This document shows positions 28,403 through 36,313 of a stretch of DNA of 55,592 bases, in pieces (position 1 is the first letter of the stretch; each line of letters opens with the position of its first letter). The translations under genes and the position numbers were made by a program. The notes beneath the pieces were generated by a model. That model made no database searches, was not told the origin of the DNA, and saw nothing but the letters and a program-made list of their open reading frames with translations. This stretch comes from an uncultured Clostridia bacterium (GTDB taxonomy: Bacteria > Bacillota > Clostridia > TANB77 > CAG-508), in contig CANQWH010000002.1 of the NCBI GenBank assembly GCA_947627495.1, forward strand, positions 1-55,592, given 5' to 3'.

Positions 28403-29482
28403 ATGGAGAAATATATGAATATAAAAAAAATAATTTCAATTATTTTATTAAGTACTATATGTATAACTAGCATATCAATAAACAGTAAAGCAACTGATAT
28501 TGAAGTTGATAATAATGTTGTAGAAAGTCCAGATAATAACACAGACAATACTACAGAAACAGATGAAAATAATAATAACAATAACAGTAATAATTATGAC
28601 TATGATAATAATGATGATACTACTAATAATGAGAGCAATAGCAATACAAGCAATGATGATAACAATACTAATAATAATGAATATAATAATAGTAATAATG
28701 CTCAAGATAATAACAATGATAGTGAAAATAATTATAATGCTCAAAATAATAATACTAATCAAGATGATGATGATGAATATACATATAATGTAAATTCTAA
28801 TTTAGACAATGATGAAGATGATGAGTCAGATGATGCAAATTTAAAGTCTTTATATATAGATGTGAATATAGATAGTCTATATCCAAAATTTAATGAAGAC
28901 ATTACTGATTATTATTTAATTGTTGATTTGGAAACAGAAGAAATCAATGTAGAGGCTATACCAAAAGATGATAATGCAAGTGTAACAGTTAGAGGAAATA
29001 CTGATTTAAAAGAAGGCGAAAACACAATAGAAATAGTAGTTACAGCTGAGGCAGGCAATACAAAAACATACAATATACATGTTACAAAAACTGACAATTT
29101 AGAAAGTGCAAATGCTAATTTAAAGAGTTTATCAATAAGAGGTTTTAGCATATATCCACTTTTTAAATATAATATATATAATTATAATTTAACAATAAAT
29201 GAAATAAGGTCACGATTAGAAGTTTTAGTTGAAACAGAATCTGAAGAAGCTACATATAAAATAATAGGAAATGAGAATTTAACTGAAGGAGATAATCTAA
29301 TAAAAGTAGTAGTTACAGCTAAAGATGGTGTAACACAACGAGAATATAAAATTAATGTATATATATCATCAAATGAGGTACAAGAGCAAAAAATGAATAT
29401 AACTCCTGCAATAGTTATGATATCTGTTTTAAGTGCGTTAGTGGTAATTGTTGTAATTGGAATAATAAAGAAAAATAATTAA
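28403..29482 (+). CDS. Cadherin-like beta-sandwich repeat protein with an N/D-rich low-complexity linker and a C-terminal TM anchor
   Basis: Two copies of ANLKSL.I...YP.F...I.DY.L. The low-complexity region spans about 28550-28830. Confidence 0.7.
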   Translation: MEKYMNIKKIISIILLSTICITSISINSKATDIEVDNNVVESPDNNTDNTTETDENNNNNNSNNYDYDNNDDTTNNESNSNTSNDDNNTNNNEYNNSNNAQDNNNDSENNYNAQNNNTNQDDDDEYTYNVNSNLDNDEDDESDDANLKSLYIDVNIDSLYPKFNEDITDYYLIVDLETEEINVEAIPKDDNASVTVRGNTDLKEGENTIEIVVTAEAGNTKTYNIHVTKTDNLESANANLKSLSIRGFSIYPLFKYNIYNYNLTINEIRSRLEVLVETESEEATYKIIGNENLTEGDNLIKVVVTAKDGVTQREYKINVYISSNEVQEQKMNITPAIVMISVLSALVVIVVIGIIKKNN

Positions 29483-29484
29483 AC

Positions 29485-29627
29485 ATAAAAAAGAATTTTG
29501 GGTACATACCCCCAGAATTCTTTTTCTATTTATATTAGTATTAATTGAACTTAGGAAATGAACAGATCTTCATGCCTTTAAAGGTACCACCATGAATGAA
29601 AACTTTTTGATTTAGTTTTCGTAGTAG
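29485..29627 (-). ncRNA. Candidate small RNA of about 140 nt, between a tRNA-type promoter and the bidirectional terminator
   Basis: Its promoter shares 25 identical nt with the tRNA-Gly promoter. Internal hairpins are ATGAA-cagatc-TTCAT and TTCATG...CATGAA. There is no tRNA fold and no plausible ORF. Confidence 0.3.
29487..29526. terminator. Bidirectional intrinsic terminator (AGAATTTTGGG/CCCCCAGAATTCT with T-runs on both strands)
   Basis: Read from the sequence. Confidence 0.75.
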
Positions 29628-29633
29628 TAATTA

Positions 29634-29661
29634 AATTTATTACATAAAACAAAAAAGTCAA
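29634..29661 (-). promoter_or_regulatory. Minus-strand promoter TTGACT-16 nt-TAAATT, a near copy of the tRNA-Gly promoter
   Basis: 29644-29668 is identical to 23415-23439. Confidence 0.55.
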
Positions 29662-29733
29662 TAAAATTCTTGAAAAAGAAATTTCAATATGATAGAATAA
29701 TTCCAGAAATAAAAAAACTAGGGGATGAAGATT

Positions 29734-30183
29734 GTGAAAGATAATAGAGGTATAACACTAATAAGTGTTATGATTACAATATTATTACTAATTATGATTG
29801 CCGGAATAGTTATAACACAAGGAGCTGGTACATTTGAAAAATCAAAAGTGGTAAGATTTGAGACAAACATGAAAACTATACAAAAGAAAGTGGATATAAT
29901 TATGGAAGAGGGAACAGAGTATCCAGGTTCATCAATGCCTAGTTCGGCTAAAGAAAAGTTGAAGCAAATTATAGCTAATGATGCAACAACTAATTATATA
30001 AAAACAACTAATATAGAAGAACCATTATTAAGATATTTTTCAAGCCAAGATATAGAAGAAATATTAGAACTTGAAGACATTCAAGATGAAATAGTGGTAA
30101 ATTTTTCTAATGGAGAAGTAATAAGTCTAAATGGAATAGAAAAAGATGGAAATATGTATTATGTGGAGAATGGTTTGTATTAA
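29734..30183 (+). CDS. Small prepilin-like N-terminal domain protein
   Basis: GTG at 29734 follows AGGGGA. The N-terminus MKDNRG/ITLISVMITILLLIMIAGIV parallels that of the 462 gene. Confidence 0.65.
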   Translation: MKDNRGITLISVMITILLLIMIAGIVITQGAGTFEKSKVVRFETNMKTIQKKVDIIMEEGTEYPGSSMPSSAKEKLKQIIANDATTNYIKTTNIEEPLLRYFSSQDIEEILELEDIQDEIVVNFSNGEVISLNGIEKDGNMYYVENGLY

Positions 30184-30238
30184 ACGAAAAATAGAAATAC
30201 TAAACTTTTTCAAAATATAGAAAGGAATATAAAAAAAT

Positions 30239-32353
30239 ATGGGAAAAATCGTTTTATTAGATGATTTAACAATAAATCAAATAGCAGCAGGAGAAGTTAT
30301 AGAAAGACCAGCTTCGGTAGTAAAAGAACTAATGGAAAATTCAATAGATGCAGGAGCAACTAGTGTAAGTGTAGAAGTAAAAAATGGAGGAATAAATCAA
30401 ATAAAAATTATAGATAATGGCTCTGGAATAGCTAAAGATGATTTGAGTTTTGCATTTGAGAGACATGCAACAAGTAAAATAAGAACAGCAGATGATTTGG
30501 AAAATGTAAAATCAATGGGTTTTAGAGGAGAGGCTTTAGCAAGTATAGCTGCAATAGCACATGTGGAAGTAATTACAAAAACAGAAGAAGAATTTACAGG
30601 AAATAAAATAGTATTAGAAGGTGGTGAAATACTAGAACAAGAAGAAATAGGAGCACAAAAGGGTACAACAATAATAATAAGCAATTTGTTTTATAATACA
30701 CCAGTAAGATATAAGTTTTTAAAAAAAGATTATACAGAATTAGGTTATATAGAAGATACAGTTAAAAGAATTGCTTTAGCAAATCCTAATGTAGCAATAA
30801 AATTATTAAATGAAAATAAAACAATAATAAAAACAAATGGAAATGGAGAATTAAGAACAGCAATATATAACATATATGGAAAAGAAACTACAGATGGGTT
30901 AATAGATGTAGACTATACTTATGAAGATATTAAAATTACAGGTGTTATAGGAAAACCAGAAATAGCAAGAGGAAATAGGTCATACCAGTTATTCTTTGTA
31001 AATAAAAGATACATAAAAGATAAAACACTATCAGCAGGTGCAGAACAGGCGTTTAAAGGATTGCTTCCAATAGGAAAGTTTGGATTCTTAATATTAAACA
31101 TACAAATAGAACCTAGATTAATAGATGTAAATGTTCATCCTACAAAATTAGAAATAAGATTTCAAGAAGAGCAGAAAGTGTTTAAAGCAATATACCATGC
31201 TATAAGAGAAGCACTTTTGAAAGGAGACTTAATAAAAAACACAGAAAAAGAGGAAACAAATATAATTGCTAAAGAAAATGCTATTCAAGAACAACCAAAA
31301 ATTGAAAACGGTGTTTTAGAACAAAAACAAAATTTAAATAGTAATGAAAATCTTATACAAGAACATAATAAACAGGAAATATTAGATAATGAAATTACAA
31401 CTATGGAAAAGAATGAAAATTCGGATATAGAAAATCAAGAAACAAGAAGAATAAATATAATAAAAGAAACGCCAAAAGAAGAAAAAACAGGTGGTCTATT
31501 TGGAATATTTAAAAAGAAAAATAACGAAATAGAAGAAAATGTAGAAAAAAATGCTATTGAGGAAATATTTGCTTATAAAAGCAATGAGAGCTATAAAGAA
31601 GATAATATACAAAACGATGAAGAAGATGAAATAAAATTTGATGAAATGTACAATAAAACATTTGGTGTAAACATAGGTGAACAAAATGAAAATGCAGAAA
31701 AAATAACAAATTATGCATTTGCAGATTCAAAAAATATTTCGGTATTTGAAGATGAGAAAGAATATTCACAAATTCCAGCATACAAATATTGTGGCTCAGT
31801 ATTTTCTACATATATAATTATTGAAATGGGAAATGAAATGTACATTATAGATCAGCATGCTGCACATGAAAGAGTATTATATGAAGAAATAAAACAAAAT
31901 TACTATAAAGATACAAAAAAAGAATCTCAAATAATGTTATTACCAGATATAATTACATTATCACATAAAGAAAAATCAATAGTTAGAGAAAATATAGATT
32001 TGTTCAAAAAAGCAGGATTTATGCTAGAAGAATTTGGTGAAAATACAATTAGATTAATAGGAGTTCCATCAATTTGTATGGATATGGATACAAAAGAATT
32101 ATTTTTAGAAATATTAGATACAATAGATACAGTAGCAATTACAGCAAAACAGGAAAAAGAAGATAGATTTATAGCAACAATAGCATGTAAAGCAGCAGTT
32201 AAAGCAAATATGAGTTTAGAAAAAGAAGAAGTAGATAATTTAATGAAAAAGCTATTAGTATTACCAAATCCATTTACATGTCCACATGGACGACCAACTG
32301 CTATAAAAATGGACAAAATGGATTTAGAACGAAAATTTAATAGGAGAAAATAA
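30239..32353 (+). CDS. mutL: DNA mismatch repair protein MutL
   Basis: INQIAAGEVIERPASVVKELMENSIDAGA, DNGSGI, GFRGEAL, and C-terminal DQHAAHER. Confidence 0.95.
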   Translation: MGKIVLLDDLTINQIAAGEVIERPASVVKELMENSIDAGATSVSVEVKNGGINQIKIIDNGSGIAKDDLSFAFERHATSKIRTADDLENVKSMGFRGEALASIAAIAHVEVITKTEEEFTGNKIVLEGGEILEQEEIGAQKGTTIIISNLFYNTPVRYKFLKKDYTELGYIEDTVKRIALANPNVAIKLLNENKTIIKTNGNGELRTAIYNIYGKETTDGLIDVDYTYEDIKITGVIGKPEIARGNRSYQLFFVNKRYIKDKTLSAGAEQAFKGLLPIGKFGFLILNIQIEPRLIDVNVHPTKLEIRFQEEQKVFKAIYHAIREALLKGDLIKNTEKEETNIIAKENAIQEQPKIENGVLEQKQNLNSNENLIQEHNKQEILDNEITTMEKNENSDIENQETRRINIIKETPKEEKTGGLFGIFKKKNNEIEENVEKNAIEEIFAYKSNESYKEDNIQNDEEDEIKFDEMYNKTFGVNIGEQNENAEKITNYAFADSKNISVFEDEKEYSQIPAYKYCGSVFSTYIIIEMGNEMYIIDQHAAHERVLYEEIKQNYYKDTKKESQIMLLPDIITLSHKEKSIVRENIDLFKKAGFMLEEFGENTIRLIGVPSICMDMDTKELFLEILDTIDTVAITAKQEKEDRFIATIACKAAVKANMSLEKEEVDNLMKKLLVLPNPFTCPHGRPTAIKMDKMDLERKFNRRK

Positions 32354-32392
32354 TTTATATGTGTGCCTCTAAAGAGCAAGAAAGGAATTAAT

Positions 32393-33313
32393 ATGGAAAG
32401 CACAAAGCCAACAGTATATGTAATTGGAGGACCAACTGCTTCAGGAAAAAGTAAATTAGCAGTAGAACTCGCAAAGAGAATAAATGGAGAGATAATATCA
32501 GCAGATTCTATGCAAATATATAAAGATATGAATATAGGTACAGCTAAAATAAGTGCAGAAGAAATGCAAGGCATAAAACATTATATGTTAGATTATGTAT
32601 CACCAGAAGAAAGATATAGTGTATCTAACTTTAAAAAAAATGCAGATAAGATAATAGAAGAAATCTTATCAAAAGGTAAAACTCCAATCATTGTGGGTGG
32701 AACAGGACTATATATAGATAGCTTAATATATGGAATAGAATTTCAAGATGAAAAAATAGATACAGAATATAGGGATAAGTTAAATACGATTGCAGAAAAA
32801 GAAGGCTTAGATAGGTTATTTAAAGAAGCGAAAAAAATAGACCCAAAAGCAATGGAAAAGATAAGTATAAATGATAAAAAAAGAATAATACGTGTATTAG
32901 AAATATACCATAAGACAGGCAAAACAAAAACTGAGCAAGAGGAAGAATCAAGAAAAAATGGAGTAAAATATAATTATAAAGTATTTGCAATAACATTGCC
33001 AAGAGAAAAACTATATGAAAGAATAGAAAAAAGAGTTGACCAAATGATTAGTGATGGTTTGATAGAAGAAGTACAAAATTTAATACAGAAATATCAAAAG
33101 ATTCCTACAGCAATGCAAGGATTAGGCTATAAAGAAGTGGTAGAATATTTAGAAAGCAAATTAACCAAAGAAGAAATGATAGAAAAGATAAAGAAAGAGA
33201 CTAGACATTATGCAAAAAGACAATTAACATGGTTTAGGAAGAATAAAGAAATAATATGGTTAGATGGAGAAAAGGATACTAATTATAATATAGATATAAT
33301 TGTTAAAGAGTAA
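32393..33313 (+). CDS. miaA: tRNA dimethylallyltransferase
   Basis: VIGGPTASGKS, SADSMQIYKDMNIGTAK, VGGTGLY. Confidence 0.9.
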   Translation: MESTKPTVYVIGGPTASGKSKLAVELAKRINGEIISADSMQIYKDMNIGTAKISAEEMQGIKHYMLDYVSPEERYSVSNFKKNADKIIEEILSKGKTPIIVGGTGLYIDSLIYGIEFQDEKIDTEYRDKLNTIAEKEGLDRLFKEAKKIDPKAMEKISINDKKRIIRVLEIYHKTGKTKTEQEEESRKNGVKYNYKVFAITLPREKLYERIEKRVDQMISDGLIEEVQNLIQKYQKIPTAMQGLGYKEVVEYLESKLTKEEMIEKIKKETRHYAKRQLTWFRKNKEIIWLDGEKDTNYNIDIIVKE

Positions 33314-33348
33314 CTTATAATTATGCTTAGAAAGGAAAGTGAATAAAA

Positions 33349-34648
33349 ATGGCAAAGTCAAAAACGAAAGGAAAAAAGCGTAAAGATAATTTAAAAGCAA
33401 GTAAAATAAGAAAAAATGTAATACAGGTAACTTTGCTATCAATTATATTATTCACTATAATCCTTTGTATATATCAAATAATAAGTTTAGCGATGAATCC
33501 GACAGATTCTTTTTTAGTAGAACAAGGAAAGATATATGAAGAAGAAAGTTTAATAGGATATGTTATAAGAGATGAAAAGATAATACAAACACCAGAAAAT
33601 CAAAATAGATTAGTTAAAATAATAAATGAAGGAGAAAGGGTTTCAGTAGGAGAAGCAATATTTAGATATGAAACTATAAATGAACAAGCATTAAATGAAA
33701 AGATTGATGAATTAAATACGCAAATACAGGAGGCATTAGATGGTAGAATAGAGGTACCTTCTAGTGACATAAAAGCATTAGAAAACCAAATAGAAACACA
33801 GATAAATGGCATACAAAATAAAAATAATATACAAGAAATAAAAGAATATAAATCAGATATAAATAGCTGTATTGAAAAGAAGGCAAGAATATCAGGGGAA
33901 TTAAGCCCAGCTGGTTCATACATAAAAAATCTAATAGATGAAAAAATAAATATTGAAAATCAATTAAGGAATGATTCAAAATATGAAAATGCACCAATAG
34001 GGGGAATAGTATCATATAGAGTTGATGGCTTTGAAACAACACTAACACCTGAAAATTTTGAAAATATTAGTACTAAAATGTTAGAAGATTTGAATTTGAT
34101 TACAGGTCAAATAGTAACAACAAGTGAAACGATGGGGAAGATAATAAATAATTTTGAATGTTATATAGCAGTAACAACAAATTCAGATGATGCAAAAAAT
34201 GCTACAGTAGGTAAGGATTTAAAAGTAAGATTATCATCAAACCAAGAAATACCTGCTGAAATTGCGTACATAAAACAGGAAGATGATGGCAATTTTTTAT
34301 TAATTTTAAAGATATCTCAAGGAGTGGAGTATTTAACAAATTACAGAAAGATTTCATTAGATTTAATATGGTGGGAGAGAAGCGGATTAAGAGTACCAAA
34401 TACAAGCATAATATTTGAAAATGGATTAAGTTATATAATAAGAACTAAAGCTCGGAATATTAAACAAGATTTTAGTAAAAATTGTAAAAGAAAATGATAA
34501 ATATAGTATAATAACAAATTATACCACAGAAGAATTAAAAAATATGGGATATACTGCACAAGATATAAATAATATGAGCAAAATAAGTATATATGATGAA
34601 GTATTGCTAGATCCAGACTTAGAAATGCTAAAAAAAGAATTAAACTAA
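33349..34648 (+). pseudogene. HlyD-like membrane-fusion/coiled-coil protein interrupted by a +1 frameshift near 34453
   Basis: The ORF ends at 34497. After 34453 the +1 frame reads GILNKILVKIVKENDKYSIITNYTTEELKNMGYTAQDINNM...LKKELN and stops at 34646-34648. Confidence 0.6.
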
Positions 34649-34894
34649 AAACAGAGTAATTCCTTTATTAAGGGGAATTACTTTTTGTTTTATTCGTGGA
34701 TGCTTAAAATCTTTTCTAACCATATTAAGAAGAACTTGTCCTTTACGATATCCGTGAATAACTACAACTTCTAAAATATCATCTGGTAAAGTTTCGAACA
34801 GTTTATCTAAATAATAACGTGCTTCTAACAGTTCCATGTCATGCAAATCAATTGTAACACGTTTATCATCAGGTATTAACAAATCTTCCAACAT
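34640..34894 (-). CDS. Smr domain protein
   Basis: IDLHDMELLEARYYL...VVVIHGYRKGQVL...NKGITLFLV matches the Smr pattern. Confidence 0.6.
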   Translation of the reverse strand: MLEDLLIPDDKRVTIDLHDMELLEARYYLDKLFETLPDDILEVVVIHGYRKGQVLLNMVRKDFKHPRIKQKVIPLNKGITLFLV

Positions 34895-35070
34895 AAAAAA
34901 ATCTATCCTTTCTTTTAATTGCCTAAGATATACTAATGAACTAACATCTTGAGGTATTATTTAAAATTATCTCCATTAAAACATAAATTATTATACATGA
35001 AAATTAATGATAGGTCAAATGCATGTTACTTAAATTTTTAAAAATAGTTACAATTTACAGTTTGAATAAC

Positions 35071-35097
35071 AATAATATAAATTGAAACTTGCGGGCT
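35071..35097 (+). repeat. Partial copy (left arm plus core start) of the 35987-36172 element
   Basis: AATAATATAAATTGAAACTTGCGGGCT versus AATAATATAAATTTAAACTTGCGGCCT at 36001-36027. Confidence 0.6.
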
Positions 35098-35173
35098 GAT
35101 ACTATGAACTCTATAAAAGAGAAAGCTTAAGAAATTGTATATAATAAAATTAAACAAATTGAGAAAATTTACG

Positions 35174-35520
35174 AATTTTTAAGAAATTACCAACATTTGT
35201 GTGACTTGTAAATGAAAATGTCTCAAAAAAAGAGTGTATTTGCAAGTGAAAATGTCCCAACTTTTAATCTAAAAAAATATGTTTTTATGCCGAGAAAACT
35301 TATTGATATTGAGTAATCCTTTGGTATGCTTTTGAGTCTCAAAGCATTTATACCATTGACTTTGACAAAGATAGGTTTCCAAAGGATTAGAGGCTCAATG
35401 TCAATAAGGAAATTGGAATAAATTGTTTATAATTCGAGACATTTTTATTTACAAACTAACGTAAAATTTGGGACATTTTCACGTACTAGTCACAAATTTT
35501 TAAGAAATTACCAACATTTG
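35174..35520 (+). mobile_element. 295-bp non-autonomous TIR element (35200-35494) bracketed by identical 26-bp direct repeats (35174-35199 and 35495-35520)
   Basis: The termini TGTGACTTGTAAATGAAAATGTCTC and rc TGTGACTAGTACGTGAAAATGTCCC match at 24 of 28 positions. Each end has a second subterminal copy of the motif. A nested internal hairpin is present. There is no ORF. Confidence 0.7.
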
Positions 35521-35521
35521 C

Positions 35522-35550
35522 TTGCAAATTTTGCAAATACGTGGTACAAT
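35522..35550 (+). promoter_or_regulatory. rpsT promoter TTGCAA-17 nt-TACAAT with an extended -10 TG
   Basis: Read from the sequence immediately after the right 26-bp repeat. Confidence 0.65.
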
Positions 35551-35594
35551 TTAAAAAGTGAAATTTTAATTTGACTTTAAGGGAGGTGCAATTA

Positions 35595-35855
35595 ATGCCA
35601 AATATTAAATCTGCAATAAAAAGAGTTAGTGTAATAGAAACTAAAACTTTAAGAAATAATATGATAAAATCAGAATATAAAACAGCTGTTAAAAAGTTTG
35701 AATCAGCAGTAACAGAAGGAAATAAAGAAAAAGCTCAAGAAGCTTTAAAATTAGCTACAAAGAAAATAGATGGTGCTTGTTCAAAAGGTATTATAAAACC
35801 AAATACAGCTTCAAGAAAAAAATCAAACTTAGCTAAAAAATTAAATGTTATGTAG
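35595..35855 (+). CDS. rpsT: 30S ribosomal protein S20
   Basis: MPNIKSAIKRVSVIETKTLRN... follows GGGAGGTG. Confidence 0.95.
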   Translation: MPNIKSAIKRVSVIETKTLRNNMIKSEYKTAVKKFESAVTEGNKEKAQEALKLATKKIDGACSKGIIKPNTASRKKSNLAKKLNVM

Positions 35856-35867
35856 TAAAAGAATAGA

Positions 35868-35916
35868 GAACTTATATAAGAACAAATAGCTCTTATATGG
35901 GTTCTTTTAATTTTTG
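35868..35916 (+). terminator. rpsT intrinsic terminator (14-bp stem with two G-U pairs, then a T-run)
   Basis: GAACTTATATAAGA / TCTTATATGGGTTC followed by TTTTAATTTTT. Confidence 0.75.
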
Positions 35917-35920
35917 TCTT

Positions 35921-35977
35921 AAAATCCAACGCAAGTAATTATCTTTATTCCGGCTACTCTTGCGTTTGGCGGATTTT
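35921..35977 (-). repeat. 57-nt hairpin related to the nested-palindrome family (rc begins AAAATCCGCCAAACGCAAG)
   Basis: It shares the TTTGGCGGATTTT terminus and a GGCTACT segment with the family. Confidence 0.55.
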
Positions 35978-35986
35978 TACAATATT

Positions 35987-36172
35987 CACAGCATATTTAA
36001 TAATAATATAAATTTAAACTTGCGGCCTCCGACCGGACTGAAATTACACCTTAATTCAAAATAACTACTTCGATAAGAAGTATAGGGGATATAATTGTAC
36101 GCCGTACTTATTTGTACGGCTACTCAAGGGTCGGCCTCGTTTACAATTTATATTATTATTAAATATGCTGTG
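35987..36172. repeat. 186-nt element with perfect 28-bp terminal inverted repeats enclosing a 130-nt GC-richer multi-hairpin core
   Basis: CACAGCATATTTAATAATAATATAAATT pairs perfectly with 36145-36172. Inner stems are ACTTC/GAAGT and GTACGCCGTAC/GTACGGCTAC. Confidence 0.75.
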
Positions 36173-36191
36173 GTTGTGAATCGTACCCCAT

Positions 36192-36218
36192 AATATTACA
36201 AAAATGTTACAAAAGTAT
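36192..36218 (+). promoter_or_regulatory. Conserved 27-nt motif, copy 2 (AATATTACAAAAATGTTACAAAAGTAT), followed by the related inverted half-site AACATTTGTAA
   Basis: See 4116-4142 and 51194-51218. Confidence 0.5.
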
Positions 36219-36313
36219 TACATTTCTGCAACATTTGTAAAAAATGTTTACATGAGTATATAAAAATGATATTATAAATATATAAAAATATATAGTAAGG
36301 AGATAATGTAAAC

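Noticed and set aside
28550-28830. An AAT/GAT/AAC-rich stretch. I considered it as a possible Asn-codon-rich DGR template repeat or a tandem-repeat array.
   Set aside because: It is in frame within the 28403 gene as an N/D-rich linker. It has no alignable similarity to 1983-2135 and has no regular repeat unit or spacer structure.
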